Source: Planctomycetota bacterium (GTDB taxonomy: Bacteria > Planctomycetota > GCA-002687715 > CAIWVZ01). Taken from it: a stretch of DNA of 64,000 bases. Below the pieces are notes generated by a model, which had not been told where the DNA came from, made no database searches, and saw only the letters and a list, made by a program, of their open reading frames with translations. Below, piece by piece: positions 28,637-38,078 of this stretch (positions are counted from its first letter, which is position 1; each line of letters opens with the position of its first letter). The stretch is taken from NCBI GenBank assembly GCA_044222185.1, contig JBGANV010000006.1, positions 1-64,000 on the forward strand, given 5' to 3'. The translations under genes and the position numbers were made by a program.

Positions 28637-29221
28637 ATGCCGCCAATGATTCCGATGCCAGCCGAGTTGACCGTGGTCGTGCACCGTCGCATCCGCCACG
28701 GCCGTGAAGCCGAGTTCGAGGTCGCCATGCGCGACTTCGTTCGGCTCGCCATGGATGCGCCCGGGCACCGGGGGATCACGATTCTCGCGCCCGCCGCCGG
28801 CGAGCGGGATTACCTGATCGTCGACCGGTGGCACGACGAGCCGTCGCGCCGCGCGTTCACCGGGTCCGCGGAGTATCTCGGTTGGATGCGGCGCGTGGGC
28901 GAGCTCACCGATGGACCGCCTCGCATCGAGGAGCTGACGGGCCTCGAAGGGTGGTTCCGGGGCGAAGGCCCCCACCACGCCATGCCGCCCCGCTGGAAGA
29001 TGGCCATCGCGACCTTCATCGGTGTCTGCCCCACGGCGTCGGCGCTGAGCCTGACGATCGGTCCGACCGTGCGCTCGTGGCCGTTCATCGTGGGGCAGAT
29101 CGCGTTCAACGCCTGCGTCGTGGGCCTTCTGACCTGGTTCGTGATGCCTTTCGTGACGCGCGTGCTCAAACCCTGGCTCGTGCCGCCATCGAGGAACGCA
29201 AGAGGGGAGTCCAACTCATGA
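28637..29221 (+). CDS. ABM (antibiotic-biosynthesis-monooxygenase)-like domain protein with C-terminal 2-TM segment
   Basis: N-terminal segment …TVVVHRRIRHGREAEFEVAMRDFVRLAMDAPGHRGITILAPAAGERDYLIVDRWHDEPSRRAF… has an ABM-fold-like pattern. C-terminal hydrophobic helices. The stop overlaps the next start. Confidence 0.5.
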   Translation: MPPMIPMPAELTVVVHRRIRHGREAEFEVAMRDFVRLAMDAPGHRGITILAPAAGERDYLIVDRWHDEPSRRAFTGSAEYLGWMRRVGELTDGPPRIEELTGLEGWFRGEGPHHAMPPRWKMAIATFIGVCPTASALSLTIGPTVRSWPFIVGQIAFNACVVGLLTWFVMPFVTRVLKPWLVPPSRNARGESNS

Positions 29222-31059
29222 ACGTCGATCCTTCCGCGTCCGCGGACCTCATCCTCACGAATGGAAACGTCGTGACGCTCGATCGCGCCAACCCGGTCGC
29301 CGAGGCCGTGGCGATGCGCGGGGGCGAGTTCGTCGCCGTGGGAACGGCCGCCGCCGTCGCCGCGCACCGGGGCGCCGCGACCCGGGTCGTCGACCTGGGA
29401 CGACGCACGGTCATCCCAGGACTCGACGATTCGCACCTCCACGTGATCCGGGGCGGCCTCAACTTCAACATGGAGCTTCGCTGGGACGGCGTGGCGTCGC
29501 TGGCGGAGGCGCTGACCATGCTCGAAGAGCAGGCGCAGCGGACCCGTCCGCCTCAATGGGTGCGCGTCGTCGGCGGTTGGACGGCGTTCCAATTTCGCGA
29601 GCGCCGCATGCCGACGCTCGACGAGCTGAACGCGGCGGCGCCGGACGTTCCCGTGTTCGTCCTCCACCTGTACGACCGGGCGCTGCTGAACGCGGCGGCC
29701 TTGCGCGCCGTCGGCTATACGCGTGAGACGCCGGACCCGCCCGGCGGCCGGATCGCGCGCGACGGGCGCGGCAACCCCACGGGGCTGCTCCTCGCGAAAC
29801 CCAACGCCCTCATCCTCTACAAGACGCTGGCCATGGGCCCCAAGCTCGGATTCGACGACCAGGTGAACTCGACGCGCCAGTTCATGCGCGAGCTCAACCG
29901 CCTGGGGCTCACGAGCATCATCGACGCAGGTGGCGGGTTCCAGAACTACCCGGACGACTACCGCGTGGTGGAGAAGCTCCACGCGGACGGCGAGCTCACG
30001 CTGCGGCTGGCCTACAACCTCTTCACGCAAAACGCTGGGAGCGAGTTCGACGACTTCGCGAAATGGGCGACGGTGACGGCGCCGTACCGCGGCGACGCGT
30101 TCTACCGGATGAACGGCGCGGGCGAGATGCTCGCCTTCTCCGGTGCCGACTTCGAGGACTTCGTCGAACCCCGGCCCGATCTCCCCGCGAAGATGGAAGC
30201 TGATCTCACGAAGGTCGTGCGCCTGCTCGTGGCGAACCGATGGCCGTTCCGCCTTCACGCGACGTACGACGAATCGATCACGCGCTTCCTCGACGTCTTC
30301 GAGGCCGTCGATCGCGAGGTGCCGTTTGCCGGCCTGCGGTGGTTCTTCGATCACGCGGAGACGATCTCGCCGCGGAACGTCGATCGCGTGCGCGCGCTCG
30401 GTGGCGGGATCGCGATCCAGCATCGCATGGCGTTCCAGGGCGAGGCTTTCGTCGATCGCTACGGCGCGGCCGCGGCGGAGGCGGCGCCGCCGATTCGCCG
30501 CATGCTCGACGCCGGCATCCCCGTGGGCGCCGGAACGGACGCTACGCGCGTCGCGACCTACAACCCCTGGGTCGCGCTGCACTGGCTCATCAGCGGGAAG
30601 ACCGTCGGTGGAGCCACGATCGCCTCCGCCGCGAACCGGCTCGATCGCCGCGAAGCGCTGCGGCTCTACACGGCGGGGAGCGCGTGGTTCTCCGCGGAGG
30701 AGGATCGGAAGGGGACCATCGCCGTCGGGCGTTTCGCCGACCTCGCCGTCCTCACGGCCGACTACTTCTCAGTGCCGGAGAGCGAGGTGCCGTCGATCGA
30801 ATCCGTGCTGACGGTGGTCGCGGGGCGGATCGTCCACGCGGCGGCCGAGTTCGAGAACCTGGCGCCTCCGCTGCCGCCCGCGAGTCCTGATTGGTCGCCC
30901 GTTCGTGCGTTTGGCGGATACGGCGCGAAGAAGCGCGCGCGGCCCGGCGGCGAGATGGCGGGCGGGGCGGCGCACGGATTCCACGCGCATCGTCCGCACG
31001 GTCACGGCGCCGGTGGCGACCTCTGGGGAGCGCGAGGCTGTGACTGCTTCGCCTTCTGA
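29218..31059 (+). CDS. amidohydrolase-family (Amidohydro_3-like) metal-dependent hydrolase
   Basis: 613 aa. …DLGRRTVIPGLDDSHLHV… (HxH metal site), …GAGTDA… and …HAAAEFENL… are typical of the amidohydrolase 3 family. Antisense ORF 28810..30582 is junk. Confidence 0.85.
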   Translation: MNVDPSASADLILTNGNVVTLDRANPVAEAVAMRGGEFVAVGTAAAVAAHRGAATRVVDLGRRTVIPGLDDSHLHVIRGGLNFNMELRWDGVASLAEALTMLEEQAQRTRPPQWVRVVGGWTAFQFRERRMPTLDELNAAAPDVPVFVLHLYDRALLNAAALRAVGYTRETPDPPGGRIARDGRGNPTGLLLAKPNALILYKTLAMGPKLGFDDQVNSTRQFMRELNRLGLTSIIDAGGGFQNYPDDYRVVEKLHADGELTLRLAYNLFTQNAGSEFDDFAKWATVTAPYRGDAFYRMNGAGEMLAFSGADFEDFVEPRPDLPAKMEADLTKVVRLLVANRWPFRLHATYDESITRFLDVFEAVDREVPFAGLRWFFDHAETISPRNVDRVRALGGGIAIQHRMAFQGEAFVDRYGAAAAEAAPPIRRMLDAGIPVGAGTDATRVATYNPWVALHWLISGKTVGGATIASAANRLDRREALRLYTAGSAWFSAEEDRKGTIAVGRFADLAVLTADYFSVPESEVPSIESVLTVVAGRIVHAAAEFENLAPPLPPASPDWSPVRAFGGYGAKKRARPGGEMAGGAAHGFHAHRPHGHGAGGDLWGARGCDCFAF

Positions 31060-31099
31060 TTCCAGCCGCCGGCGGTCGCACGTGCGGACGCTCCGTCGA

Positions 31100-31858
31100 T
31101 CAGGCGAGGAACCCGCCGTCGACCGTGATCGTCGTCCCGGTGACGAACGATGCGTCCGGGCTCGCCAGGAACACGACGGCAGGAGCGATCTCTCCGACCT
31201 CGGCGTAGCGCCGCATGGGGATCAGGGCACGCTGCATCTCGGCGCCAGCGCCATCGGCGGGGTTCATCTCCGTGTCGGTGGATCCCGGCTGGACGACGTT
31301 CACGGTGATCTTGCGTCGCGCCAGGTCTTGAGCTGCACCCTTGGAGAATCCGACGATGGCGGCCTTCGTCGCGCAGTAATCCGCGAGACCCGGGAGCCCG
31401 GCGCGGGCGCCGAGCGCCGATCCGATCGTGATGATGCGGCCACCCTCGGGCATCACGTTCACGACGCTGCGGATCGCGGCGGTGACGCCGGCGACGTTGA
31501 CGGCATAGAGGCGATCGATGGCCTGCGGACCGACGTCATCGGAGTCGACGGGAGCGACGAAGAAGACCGCGGCGCTGTTGACGAGGATGTCGATCCGCCC
31601 GAACTCGCGGGCGACGTTCGCGACGAGGCGCTCGACCTGCGTCTTGTCGGCCTGGTCGGCCTGGACGGAGATCGCTCGGACGTCGTGCTTCTCCAGCTCC
31701 TGGACGACGGCCTGCGCTCTGTCCGCCGACGTGACGTAGCTGATGGCGACGTGCGCGCCCTCTCGCGCGAGAGCGTGTGCGATGGCGGCACCGATGCCGC
31801 GCGAACCGCCGGTGACGAGCGCGACCTTGCCCGTGAGCTTGCGTGCCGTTGGATTCAT
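31100..31858 (-). CDS. SDR-family oxidoreductase (3-oxoacyl-ACP-reductase-like)
   Basis: MNPTARKLTGKVALVTGGSRGIGAAIA…NSAAV…YCATKAA… has the TGxxxGIG cofactor motif and the YxxxK catalytic dyad. Confidence 0.9.
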   Translation of the reverse strand: MNPTARKLTGKVALVTGGSRGIGAAIAHALAREGAHVAISYVTSADRAQAVVQELEKHDVRAISVQADQADKTQVERLVANVAREFGRIDILVNSAAVFFVAPVDSDDVGPQAIDRLYAVNVAGVTAAIRSVVNVMPEGGRIITIGSALGARAGLPGLADYCATKAAIVGFSKGAAQDLARRKITVNVVQPGSTDTEMNPADGAGAEMQRALIPMRRYAEVGEIAPAVVFLASPDASFVTGTTITVDGGFLA

Positions 31859-32072
31859 GAGGTGGATCTCCGATGACTCGATTCCTGGGATGCGTGCGTG
31901 GAATTCGCGGTTCGTCGCCTGCAACTCGCGACGACGTGAGGGGACCGCGCGCCCATGCCCTCTCACCTGAGCGGGCATGGAGGACAGTGCCGTGATTACG
32001 GGCGCGAACCTGAGCTCGGCGATCGGAGCCCGAGCTGTCCACACGCGAAAGCCGGTCGTAAGATCCCCCCTC

Positions 32073-32720
32073 ATGTTGGAGGCGCAGCACACGACCGCGG
32101 TCGTCCAGCGATACCTGAGCGAGCTCGCCGACCTGCGGGGCGACGCGCCGGCCGAGCCGGTGATCCGCTCGCTCCTCGGCGCCGCGGTCCGGCGGCTTCA
32201 TCTCCTGTGTGCCTCGCTTCTGCACCGCAGCTACCCGCGGCTGACCCGACCCCCGCTGAACCTGCACTCCGACGAGATGCTGAGCGCCGTCGTCGAGCGC
32301 CTGCTGAAGGCCATGCGCGAGGTTCGTCCCGGCACCGTGCGGCAGTTCTTCGCGTTGGCGCACCAGCACATGCGCTGGGAGCTGAACGACCTGGCCCGCC
32401 GCCTGGACGAACAGCCGCCTTCACTCGAGCTGCGCGAAGCCGTGGCGCCGACGCCCGAGAGCGGTCCGGTGAGCGTGAGCCCCGTCGCTCGCCGCATGCT
32501 CGAGACCATCGAGGGCCTGCCGGAGGACGAACGCGAGACCTTCAGCCTGGTGCGGATCCAGGGCATGACGCAGGCGGATGCGGCGCGAATCCTCGGCGTC
32601 TCGACGAAGACCGTTCAGCGACGCCTCAATCGGAGCCTGATCCTCCTGGCGGAGAAGCTCGGCGATCTGCGACCCGCGCCGGGGGCGGAGACGGCCGACG
32701 GCTCGATCGGCGTCCCGTGA
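32073..32720 (+). CDS. ECF-type sigma-70 factor
   Basis: Region 2 (…LLGAAVRRLHLLCASL…) and region 4 helix-turn-helix (…ETFSLVRIQGMTQADAARILGVSTKTVQRRLNRSL…). It lies directly upstream of a Ser/Thr kinase. Confidence 0.8.
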   Translation: MLEAQHTTAVVQRYLSELADLRGDAPAEPVIRSLLGAAVRRLHLLCASLLHRSYPRLTRPPLNLHSDEMLSAVVERLLKAMREVRPGTVRQFFALAHQHMRWELNDLARRLDEQPPSLELREAVAPTPESGPVSVSPVARRMLETIEGLPEDERETFSLVRIQGMTQADAARILGVSTKTVQRRLNRSLILLAEKLGDLRPAPGAETADGSIGVP

Positions 32721-32764
32721 ACGGCGACGGTGGCGAGCGTGCGAAGAACGGACGAGGCGTGCAG

Positions 32765-35700
32765 ATGGCCGAGGACGCGCGGTTGCGGAGGCTCGTCGAA
32801 GAGGCCCTCGACTCGGGTCTCTCGCCCGAGCAGTTGTGTCGCGACTGCCCCGAGCTGCTGCCGGAACTGAAGTCCCGTTTGGCGGCGATCCGACGCGTCG
32901 ACGCGCAGGTCGACGCCCTGTTTCCGTCGCCTACGTCGACGCCTTCCACGGAATCCCAGCCGGTCTCGCTGGTGGACGACGAGCTCCCGCAGATTCCCGG
33001 CTACGAGATCGAGGCGGTCCTGGGACGGGGCGGAATGGGCATCGTCTACAAGGCACGACAGGTCGGACTGAAGCGGTCCGTCGCGATCAAGATGCTGCTG
33101 GCCGGTCGGTTCGCCAGCGCGCGTGATCGCGTTCGATTCGAGACGGAGGCCGAGGTCGTCGCGGGCCTGCGTCACCCGAACATCGTCCAGATCTACGACG
33201 TGGGGACGAACGATGGGCGGCCGTACTTCACCATGGAGTTCATGGTCGGCGGCAGCCTGGCGGAGCGCCTCGCCCATGCGCCCCAGCCACCGGCGGAGGC
33301 GGCCGCGCTCCTCGTGACGCTCGCGCTCGCCGTCGATGCGGCGCATCAAAGCGGCGTGATCCACCGGGATCTCAAACCGTCGAACGTTCTGCTCGACGCC
33401 GACGGCACGGCGAAGGTCAGCGACTTCGGGCTGGCCGAGCGCGTCGATGCGAACTCGGGGTTCACGCCGAGTCTTACGGTGCTGGGGACGCCGAGCTACA
33501 TGGCGCCCGAGCAGGCCGATGGCGATCCCCGCGCGTCGGAGCCGACCGTCGACGTGTACGCGCTCGGCGCGATCCTCTACGAGATGTTGACGGGGAGGCC
33601 TCCGTACCCGCGCGGGACGAGGACGGCCCGCGAGCCGCGCGCCTTCACGCAAGACCCCGTGCCGCCATCGCGACTCAATCCGTCGGTTCCCAGAGACCTC
33701 GAGACCATCTGCCTCACGTGTCTGCGGGGGAAGCCCGAGCAGCGCTACCGCAGCGCCGGCGCGCTCGCGGCGGATCTCCGGCGGTTTCAGCGGGGGGAGC
33801 CCGTCGACGCCCGACCCGTGAGCGCGATCGAACGGCTGTGGAAGGCCGCGCGCCGCAACCCCGCGCGTGCGGGGCTCCTCGCCGCAACCGTGACGGTGCT
33901 CGCGGCGGGGATCTGGCTCGTCGCGTGGCTCGGCTGGCGGCGGTCGATCCTGGAGCGCGGCGTGAACGACGATCTCGTCGTCGTCGCGCAGCACGAGCGC
34001 GAGGCCCGTTGGGCGGATGCGCGCATGGTCCTCGAGCGCGCCAAGGCGCGGCTCGACGCCGGGGGCGGCGAAACCCTGCGGAACCGCCTGGAACGGGTCG
34101 ATCGCGATCTGGTCCTCGTCGCCACGCTCGAATCGATCCGCCTGCGTCGGCTCGTCGCGGTCGACGACGGGAAGCTGGACCCGCGCGCCAACCGTGGCTG
34201 GGCGGACGGGCGTTACGCCGCGGCATTCAGCGGTGCCGGTCTGGGGCAAGTCGGTGATGATCCAGACGCCGTCGCGAAGCGGCTCGCGTCGTCCGACATC
34301 CGCTTTGCGCTCGTCGCCGCGCTCGACGACTGGGCCGTGTGTGCCTCGCGTGACGAGGACAGGGCCCGGAGGACGTGGATCCTCGACGTGGCGCGGCGGG
34401 CGGATCCCGAGCCGTCGGCGTGGCGCGATCGGGCACGTGATGCGGCGAAGTGGACCGATCCCGCATTCCTCGAAGAGTTGTGTCGCACCGCCCCCAAGAC
34501 CGCGCGCGCCACCCCGCTCTGCTCGGGAGTGGCGGATCGGATCGTCTCCGCCGGGGGTGATGGGGCCCCGCTGCTGCTGCGGATCCAGGCGGATCACCCG
34601 GGTGACCTTTGGGCCAACATCGCGCTCGGCCTCGCGCTCGGCGAGCGCGACCCACGAGAGGCGCTTCGCTACTTCCAGGCCGCGTTGGCCATCCGGCCCG
34701 ACGTCGGCGTGACGCATCACAATCTGGGCACGGCGCTCGGAGTGCTCGGGCGATACGACGACGCGATCGCCGAACTGCGCGAGGCCGTTCGCATCGAACC
34801 CACGTGGGCCGAGTCCCATTCGAACCTGGTCAACGCGCTTCAGATGAAGGGACTGCTGGCTGAGGCCGTCGACGCCTATCACCTCGCCCTGGAGCTCGAA
34901 CCGGCGTCGGCGAACGTGCGCGCGAACCTCGGCAAGGCTCTCGTGGCGCTCGGACGGCCGAAGGATGCGCTCGTGGAATACCGCGAGGCGCTGCGACTCG
35001 CACCCGGTCGGAACCACGTGAGGCTCGGACTGGGGTTCACGCTGATGCGGCTCCACCGTCCAGCGGAAGCGAGCCTCGAGTTCGCGACGGTGGCACGCGT
35101 CGATCCGCGATCGCCGTCGGCACAGGTGGGACTGGGCGATGCGGCGATGGCGCAGGGGCGGCCGATCGAAGCCCAGCGAGCCTACGAGACGGCGCTCGCC
35201 CTGGGGCCCAACGACTCGGCCGCGAACGCAGGGATGAGCGAGGTCCTCAGGGCGCGCAGGCAACTCGGCGCCGCTCTCGAACACGGACTCACCGCGATCC
35301 GACTCGATGCCAGGAATGCGCAGGCGCACAACAGCTGTGGGATCACGCTCCAGATGATGGGGCGCCTCGACGAGGCCATGGCCCAATACCGCGCTGCGAT
35401 CGCCTTGGAGCCGCAGTTCTCCAGCGCCCATGCGAACCTCGGAAACGCGCTCGGCGATGCCTGCCGTCTGGAGGAGGCCGTCGAGAGCTTCCGCAAGGCG
35501 CGCGACATCGATCCCGAATCGGCGAACACGCACGCGGGACTCGCACAGGCCCTGCGTCTCCTCGGACGATTCGACGAGGCGCAAGCCGCCATGCGTCGCG
35601 GAGTCGAGCTGACTCCAGCGTCGCATCCAGCGCGGCGTCTCTACGAAGCCGAACTGCGGCGGCTCGATCGGCTCACGGCGCTCGCGGTGCGGCTGCCTGC

Positions 35701-36190
35701 GATCCTCGCCGGGCGCGACACGCCCGCGAATGAGGCCGAAGCGGTCGAGATCGCGGAGGTGTGTCGCCTGAAGGGCGCCGGCCTGGAGTCCGCGCGACGA
35801 TTCCGCGCGCTCTTCGAGAGCAACCCCGCACTCGTGGCAGACCCGCGCGACTCGAATCGCTTCCACGGTGCCTGCGCTGCGGTCGCCGCCGGCACGGCGG
35901 CCGCGGCGGATCCACCGCTGACCGAGGCGGAGCGAGCCGCATGGCGGCAGACGGCGAGAGCGTGGCTCGCGGCCGACCTGTCCGGCATGGCGGACAACGT
36001 CGATCTCGCCTCCGACGAATACCTCGCGTGGACGCGGCGCACGCTCGCCCAGTGGCTCGTCGACGGCGCGCTCGCCGGCATCCGGGACGACGCGGCTCTC
36101 GCGCGAATTCCGGCGGACGAGGTGCAGGCGTGTCGGGCTCTCTGGCGCGACGTGCAGGCGGTCCGAGAGCGTGCACGCGCTCCGGAATGA
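32765..36190 (+). CDS. Ser/Thr protein kinase with single TM and long C-terminal TPR-repeat region
   Basis: Kinase subdomains: GRGGMGIVYKA, VAIKM, HRDLKPSNVLL, DFGLA, GTPSYMAPE. TM segment LLAATVTVLAAGIWLVAWLGW. About 700 aa of TPR-like repeats follow (…AEAVDAYHLALELEP…). Confidence 0.85.
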   Translation: MAEDARLRRLVEEALDSGLSPEQLCRDCPELLPELKSRLAAIRRVDAQVDALFPSPTSTPSTESQPVSLVDDELPQIPGYEIEAVLGRGGMGIVYKARQVGLKRSVAIKMLLAGRFASARDRVRFETEAEVVAGLRHPNIVQIYDVGTNDGRPYFTMEFMVGGSLAERLAHAPQPPAEAAALLVTLALAVDAAHQSGVIHRDLKPSNVLLDADGTAKVSDFGLAERVDANSGFTPSLTVLGTPSYMAPEQADGDPRASEPTVDVYALGAILYEMLTGRPPYPRGTRTAREPRAFTQDPVPPSRLNPSVPRDLETICLTCLRGKPEQRYRSAGALAADLRRFQRGEPVDARPVSAIERLWKAARRNPARAGLLAATVTVLAAGIWLVAWLGWRRSILERGVNDDLVVVAQHEREARWADARMVLERAKARLDAGGGETLRNRLERVDRDLVLVATLESIRLRRLVAVDDGKLDPRANRGWADGRYAAAFSGAGLGQVGDDPDAVAKRLASSDIRFALVAALDDWAVCASRDEDRARRTWILDVARRADPEPSAWRDRARDAAKWTDPAFLEELCRTAPKTARATPLCSGVADRIVSAGGDGAPLLLRIQADHPGDLWANIALGLALGERDPREALRYFQAALAIRPDVGVTHHNLGTALGVLGRYDDAIAELREAVRIEPTWAESHSNLVNALQMKGLLAEAVDAYHLALELEPASANVRANLGKALVALGRPKDALVEYREALRLAPGRNHVRLGLGFTLMRLHRPAEASLEFATVARVDPRSPSAQVGLGDAAMAQGRPIEAQRAYETALALGPNDSAANAGMSEVLRARRQLGAALEHGLTAIRLDARNAQAHNSCGITLQMMGRLDEAMAQYRAAIALEPQFSSAHANLGNALGDACRLEEAVESFRKARDIDPESANTHAGLAQALRLLGRFDEAQAAMRRGVELTPASHPARRLYEAELRRLDRLTALAVRLPAILAGRDTPANEAEAVEIAEVCRLKGAGLESARRFRALFESNPALVADPRDSNRFHGACAAVAAGTAAAADPPLTEAERAAWRQTARAWLAADLSGMADNVDLASDEYLAWTRRTLAQWLVDGALAGIRDDAALARIPADEVQACRALWRDVQAVRERARAPE

Positions 36191-36319
36191 CGGACGCCGC
36201 GAGCGCGGAAGTCTGAGCGGAGGGAGCCTATTCGGGCTCGCCGTCACTTCGCGCGACGCGGCGACGCTGAATGAGCTGCACGGCGATCTGCACGAAGGCC
36301 GTGCAGAAAGGGGCGCTTC

Positions 36320-36793
36320 ATGCGTTTCAAGACGAAGGATCTCCTCGTCACGGTGCTGCCGAAGGCTCAGCTCAATCCCGAGCTGATCAAGGCGTGCCTG
36401 TTCCACACGTTCGTATGTCGCCATCCGACTTTCGGATGCGCGCACTGCTCCCTGTTCGTCAGTTGCACGCCGTGCTCGCACCACGGCACGTGTTTCGGTT
36501 GCTCGATCGCCATCAGCAACGGCTGCTTCGGGAACTCCTGCGGACCGGGACACTCGGCGTGCGATCCCACCATCTTCTGCGGTGCGGGAACTCGCGACCC
36601 GTTCGTGATCCAGCACCTGGAGGATCTCATCACGCTGAAGGCGGACCTCCAGGACACCCTCAAGCAGCTCGACGCGATCCAGAAGGACGGGCTACCGAGC
36701 GCCATCACCTCGAAGGCGGACGCGGACGCCATGGAGAAGGGCCTGAGCGAAGCACTCGAGCAGGTCCGAGCGGCGAAGAAGGCGCTGAAGTAA
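36320..36793 (+). CDS. Cys/Ser/Thr-rich small protein (12 Cys, 6 His in residues 26-87) with C-terminal amphipathic helix; candidate lanthipeptide-like precursor or metal-binding protein
   Basis: Strong Shine-Dalgarno (AAAGGGG) 7 nt before the ATG. Core ACLFHTFVCRHPTFGCAHCSLFVSCTPCSHHGTCFGCSIAISNGCFGNSCGPGHSACDPTIFCGAG. It lies immediately upstream of the kinase-LanC gene. Confidence 0.6.
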   Translation: MRFKTKDLLVTVLPKAQLNPELIKACLFHTFVCRHPTFGCAHCSLFVSCTPCSHHGTCFGCSIAISNGCFGNSCGPGHSACDPTIFCGAGTRDPFVIQHLEDLITLKADLQDTLKQLDAIQKDGLPSAITSKADADAMEKGLSEALEQVRAAKKALK

Positions 36794-36799
36794 TTGGAA

Positions 36800-36863
36800 C
36801 GCGCGGGTTCACGGACCCGCGAATGCCGTGCGGTCCGCGAAACGGGAGCGTCTCGCGGACCGC
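36800..36863 (+). promoter_or_regulatory. two consecutive strong hairpins between the precursor-like ORF and the downstream enzyme genes (putative attenuator/processing site)
   Basis: Hairpin 1 at 36801-36821: CGCGGGT-TCACGG-ACCCGCG. Hairpin 2 at 36830-36863: GCGGTCCGCGA-AACGGGAGCGTC-TCGCGGACCGC (11-bp perfect stem). No U-tract follows. Confidence 0.45.
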
Positions 36864-36883
36864 ATCGCGCGTCGCGATTGCGA

Positions 36884-38063
36884 GATGACCATGACACACG
36901 AACTTGCCGGAGAGCTCGCTCGTCGCCGCTTCCGCACGGGAAGCGCATTCGAGCTCGTTCTCGTCGACCGACTCCCGATCGAGGAGCAGGCCGCTCTGTC
37001 CGAACTGCGAAACGACCCCGAGTTCTACGGCGTGCTGCGACCGCGCGGGGATGGCGGGCGGACGGTGAAGGTCGTCGATCGCGACACGGCGTTGCTGTGG
37101 TTCACCCAGATGTCGCCGGGAGTCATGCCCGGCTTCGTGTGGCGTGAGGACCCGGTCGAGGCCGTCCGCGGTGTCACGCAGCTCGTGTTGGACGGCGTCT
37201 TCGAGATGGAGTGCGACGGGGCATTCGTGAGCGGACCGGATGCGGTGCGCCACTTCGCGGGCGCGCGGCGCCAAGGCCGCGTCGGGCGCCTGCAGCGCAT
37301 CGCGCTGGACGCGCTCGCGTACGCCGAGACGTTGCCGGCGGAAGACGGCCCGAGCCTCGCGAACCGGCTGTACGAGTACGGGCGCGTGCCGATCTCCCCG
37401 GAGTGGGCACGACGGCTTCCAAACGCAGACGCGGTCCTCGCCTACGTGGGCGCGGCGCCCGGCACCGACGTTCGAGGCCGGCTCGAGACCACCTGGGAGG
37501 CGCCCAAGGAAAGGACGCAGACGAGCTGGCTCATGTGGTCGTGCCGCCGGCGGTCGGATCTCGGCGCGCGCTCCGCGACGTTCAAGCTCTACGTGAGTCC
37601 GTCCGTCGAAGACCTGCCGCGTGCCTTCGCCGCGGTGCTCGCACTGCAGGCGAACCGGCCGATGCACTGGAAGATCGGAAGTGACGCCGCGGGACTCCTC
37701 CGCCCGGACAAGATGGTGCTCTACTTCGCGGACCAGGAACGGATGCTCGCGACCGCGGGCGAGCTCCAGGCGGCCCTGCGCGGAGCGACGCCGCACGGCG
37801 TGCCGTTCACCGCCGAAATCGCCGACGACGGCCTCCTGTCCTGGGGCATGGATCCGCCGATCGCCGAGCGCGTGCTCGCGTGGCAGGAGCCGGAGAGCTG
37901 GAGGCTGTGGGTCGTGCGGCGCCTGGCCGCGGCGTTGTGTTCCGCGCGCGGCGCGAACGCCTCGACGCTCCGGCCGGCGGAGTTCGCGCTCGAGCGGCTC
38001 CGACACGAAGGTGTGGACGTGGACGCGTGGACTCCATCCGTTTCGATCTGGCGCGCCGCCTGA
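36884..38063 (+). CDS. hypothetical 393-aa protein between precursor-like ORF and kinase-LanC gene; possible lyase-type partner (HopA1/LanY-like or OspF-like) — unverified
   Basis: Protein-like composition (…FKLYVSPSVEDLPRAFAAVLALQANRPMHWKIGSDAAGLLRPDKMVLYFADQERM…). The antisense 640-aa ORF is Arg/His-rich junk. I can recognise no family from sequence alone. Confidence 0.6.
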
Positions 38064-38078
38064 GGCGGGAGTTTCAAC

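Noticed and set aside
31955-32764. Upstream 270 codons of the kinase ORF (track start 31955)
   Set aside because: This frame overlaps the separately encoded ECF sigma (32073..32720 in another frame) and is Arg/Pro-rich. The kinase starts at MAEDARLRR (32765).
36271-36888. 205-aa alternative-frame ORF overlapping the Cys-rich ORF
   Set aside because: It lacks an RBS and has Arg/Gly-rich composition. The 36320 frame has a strong SD and a structured Cys/His pattern.
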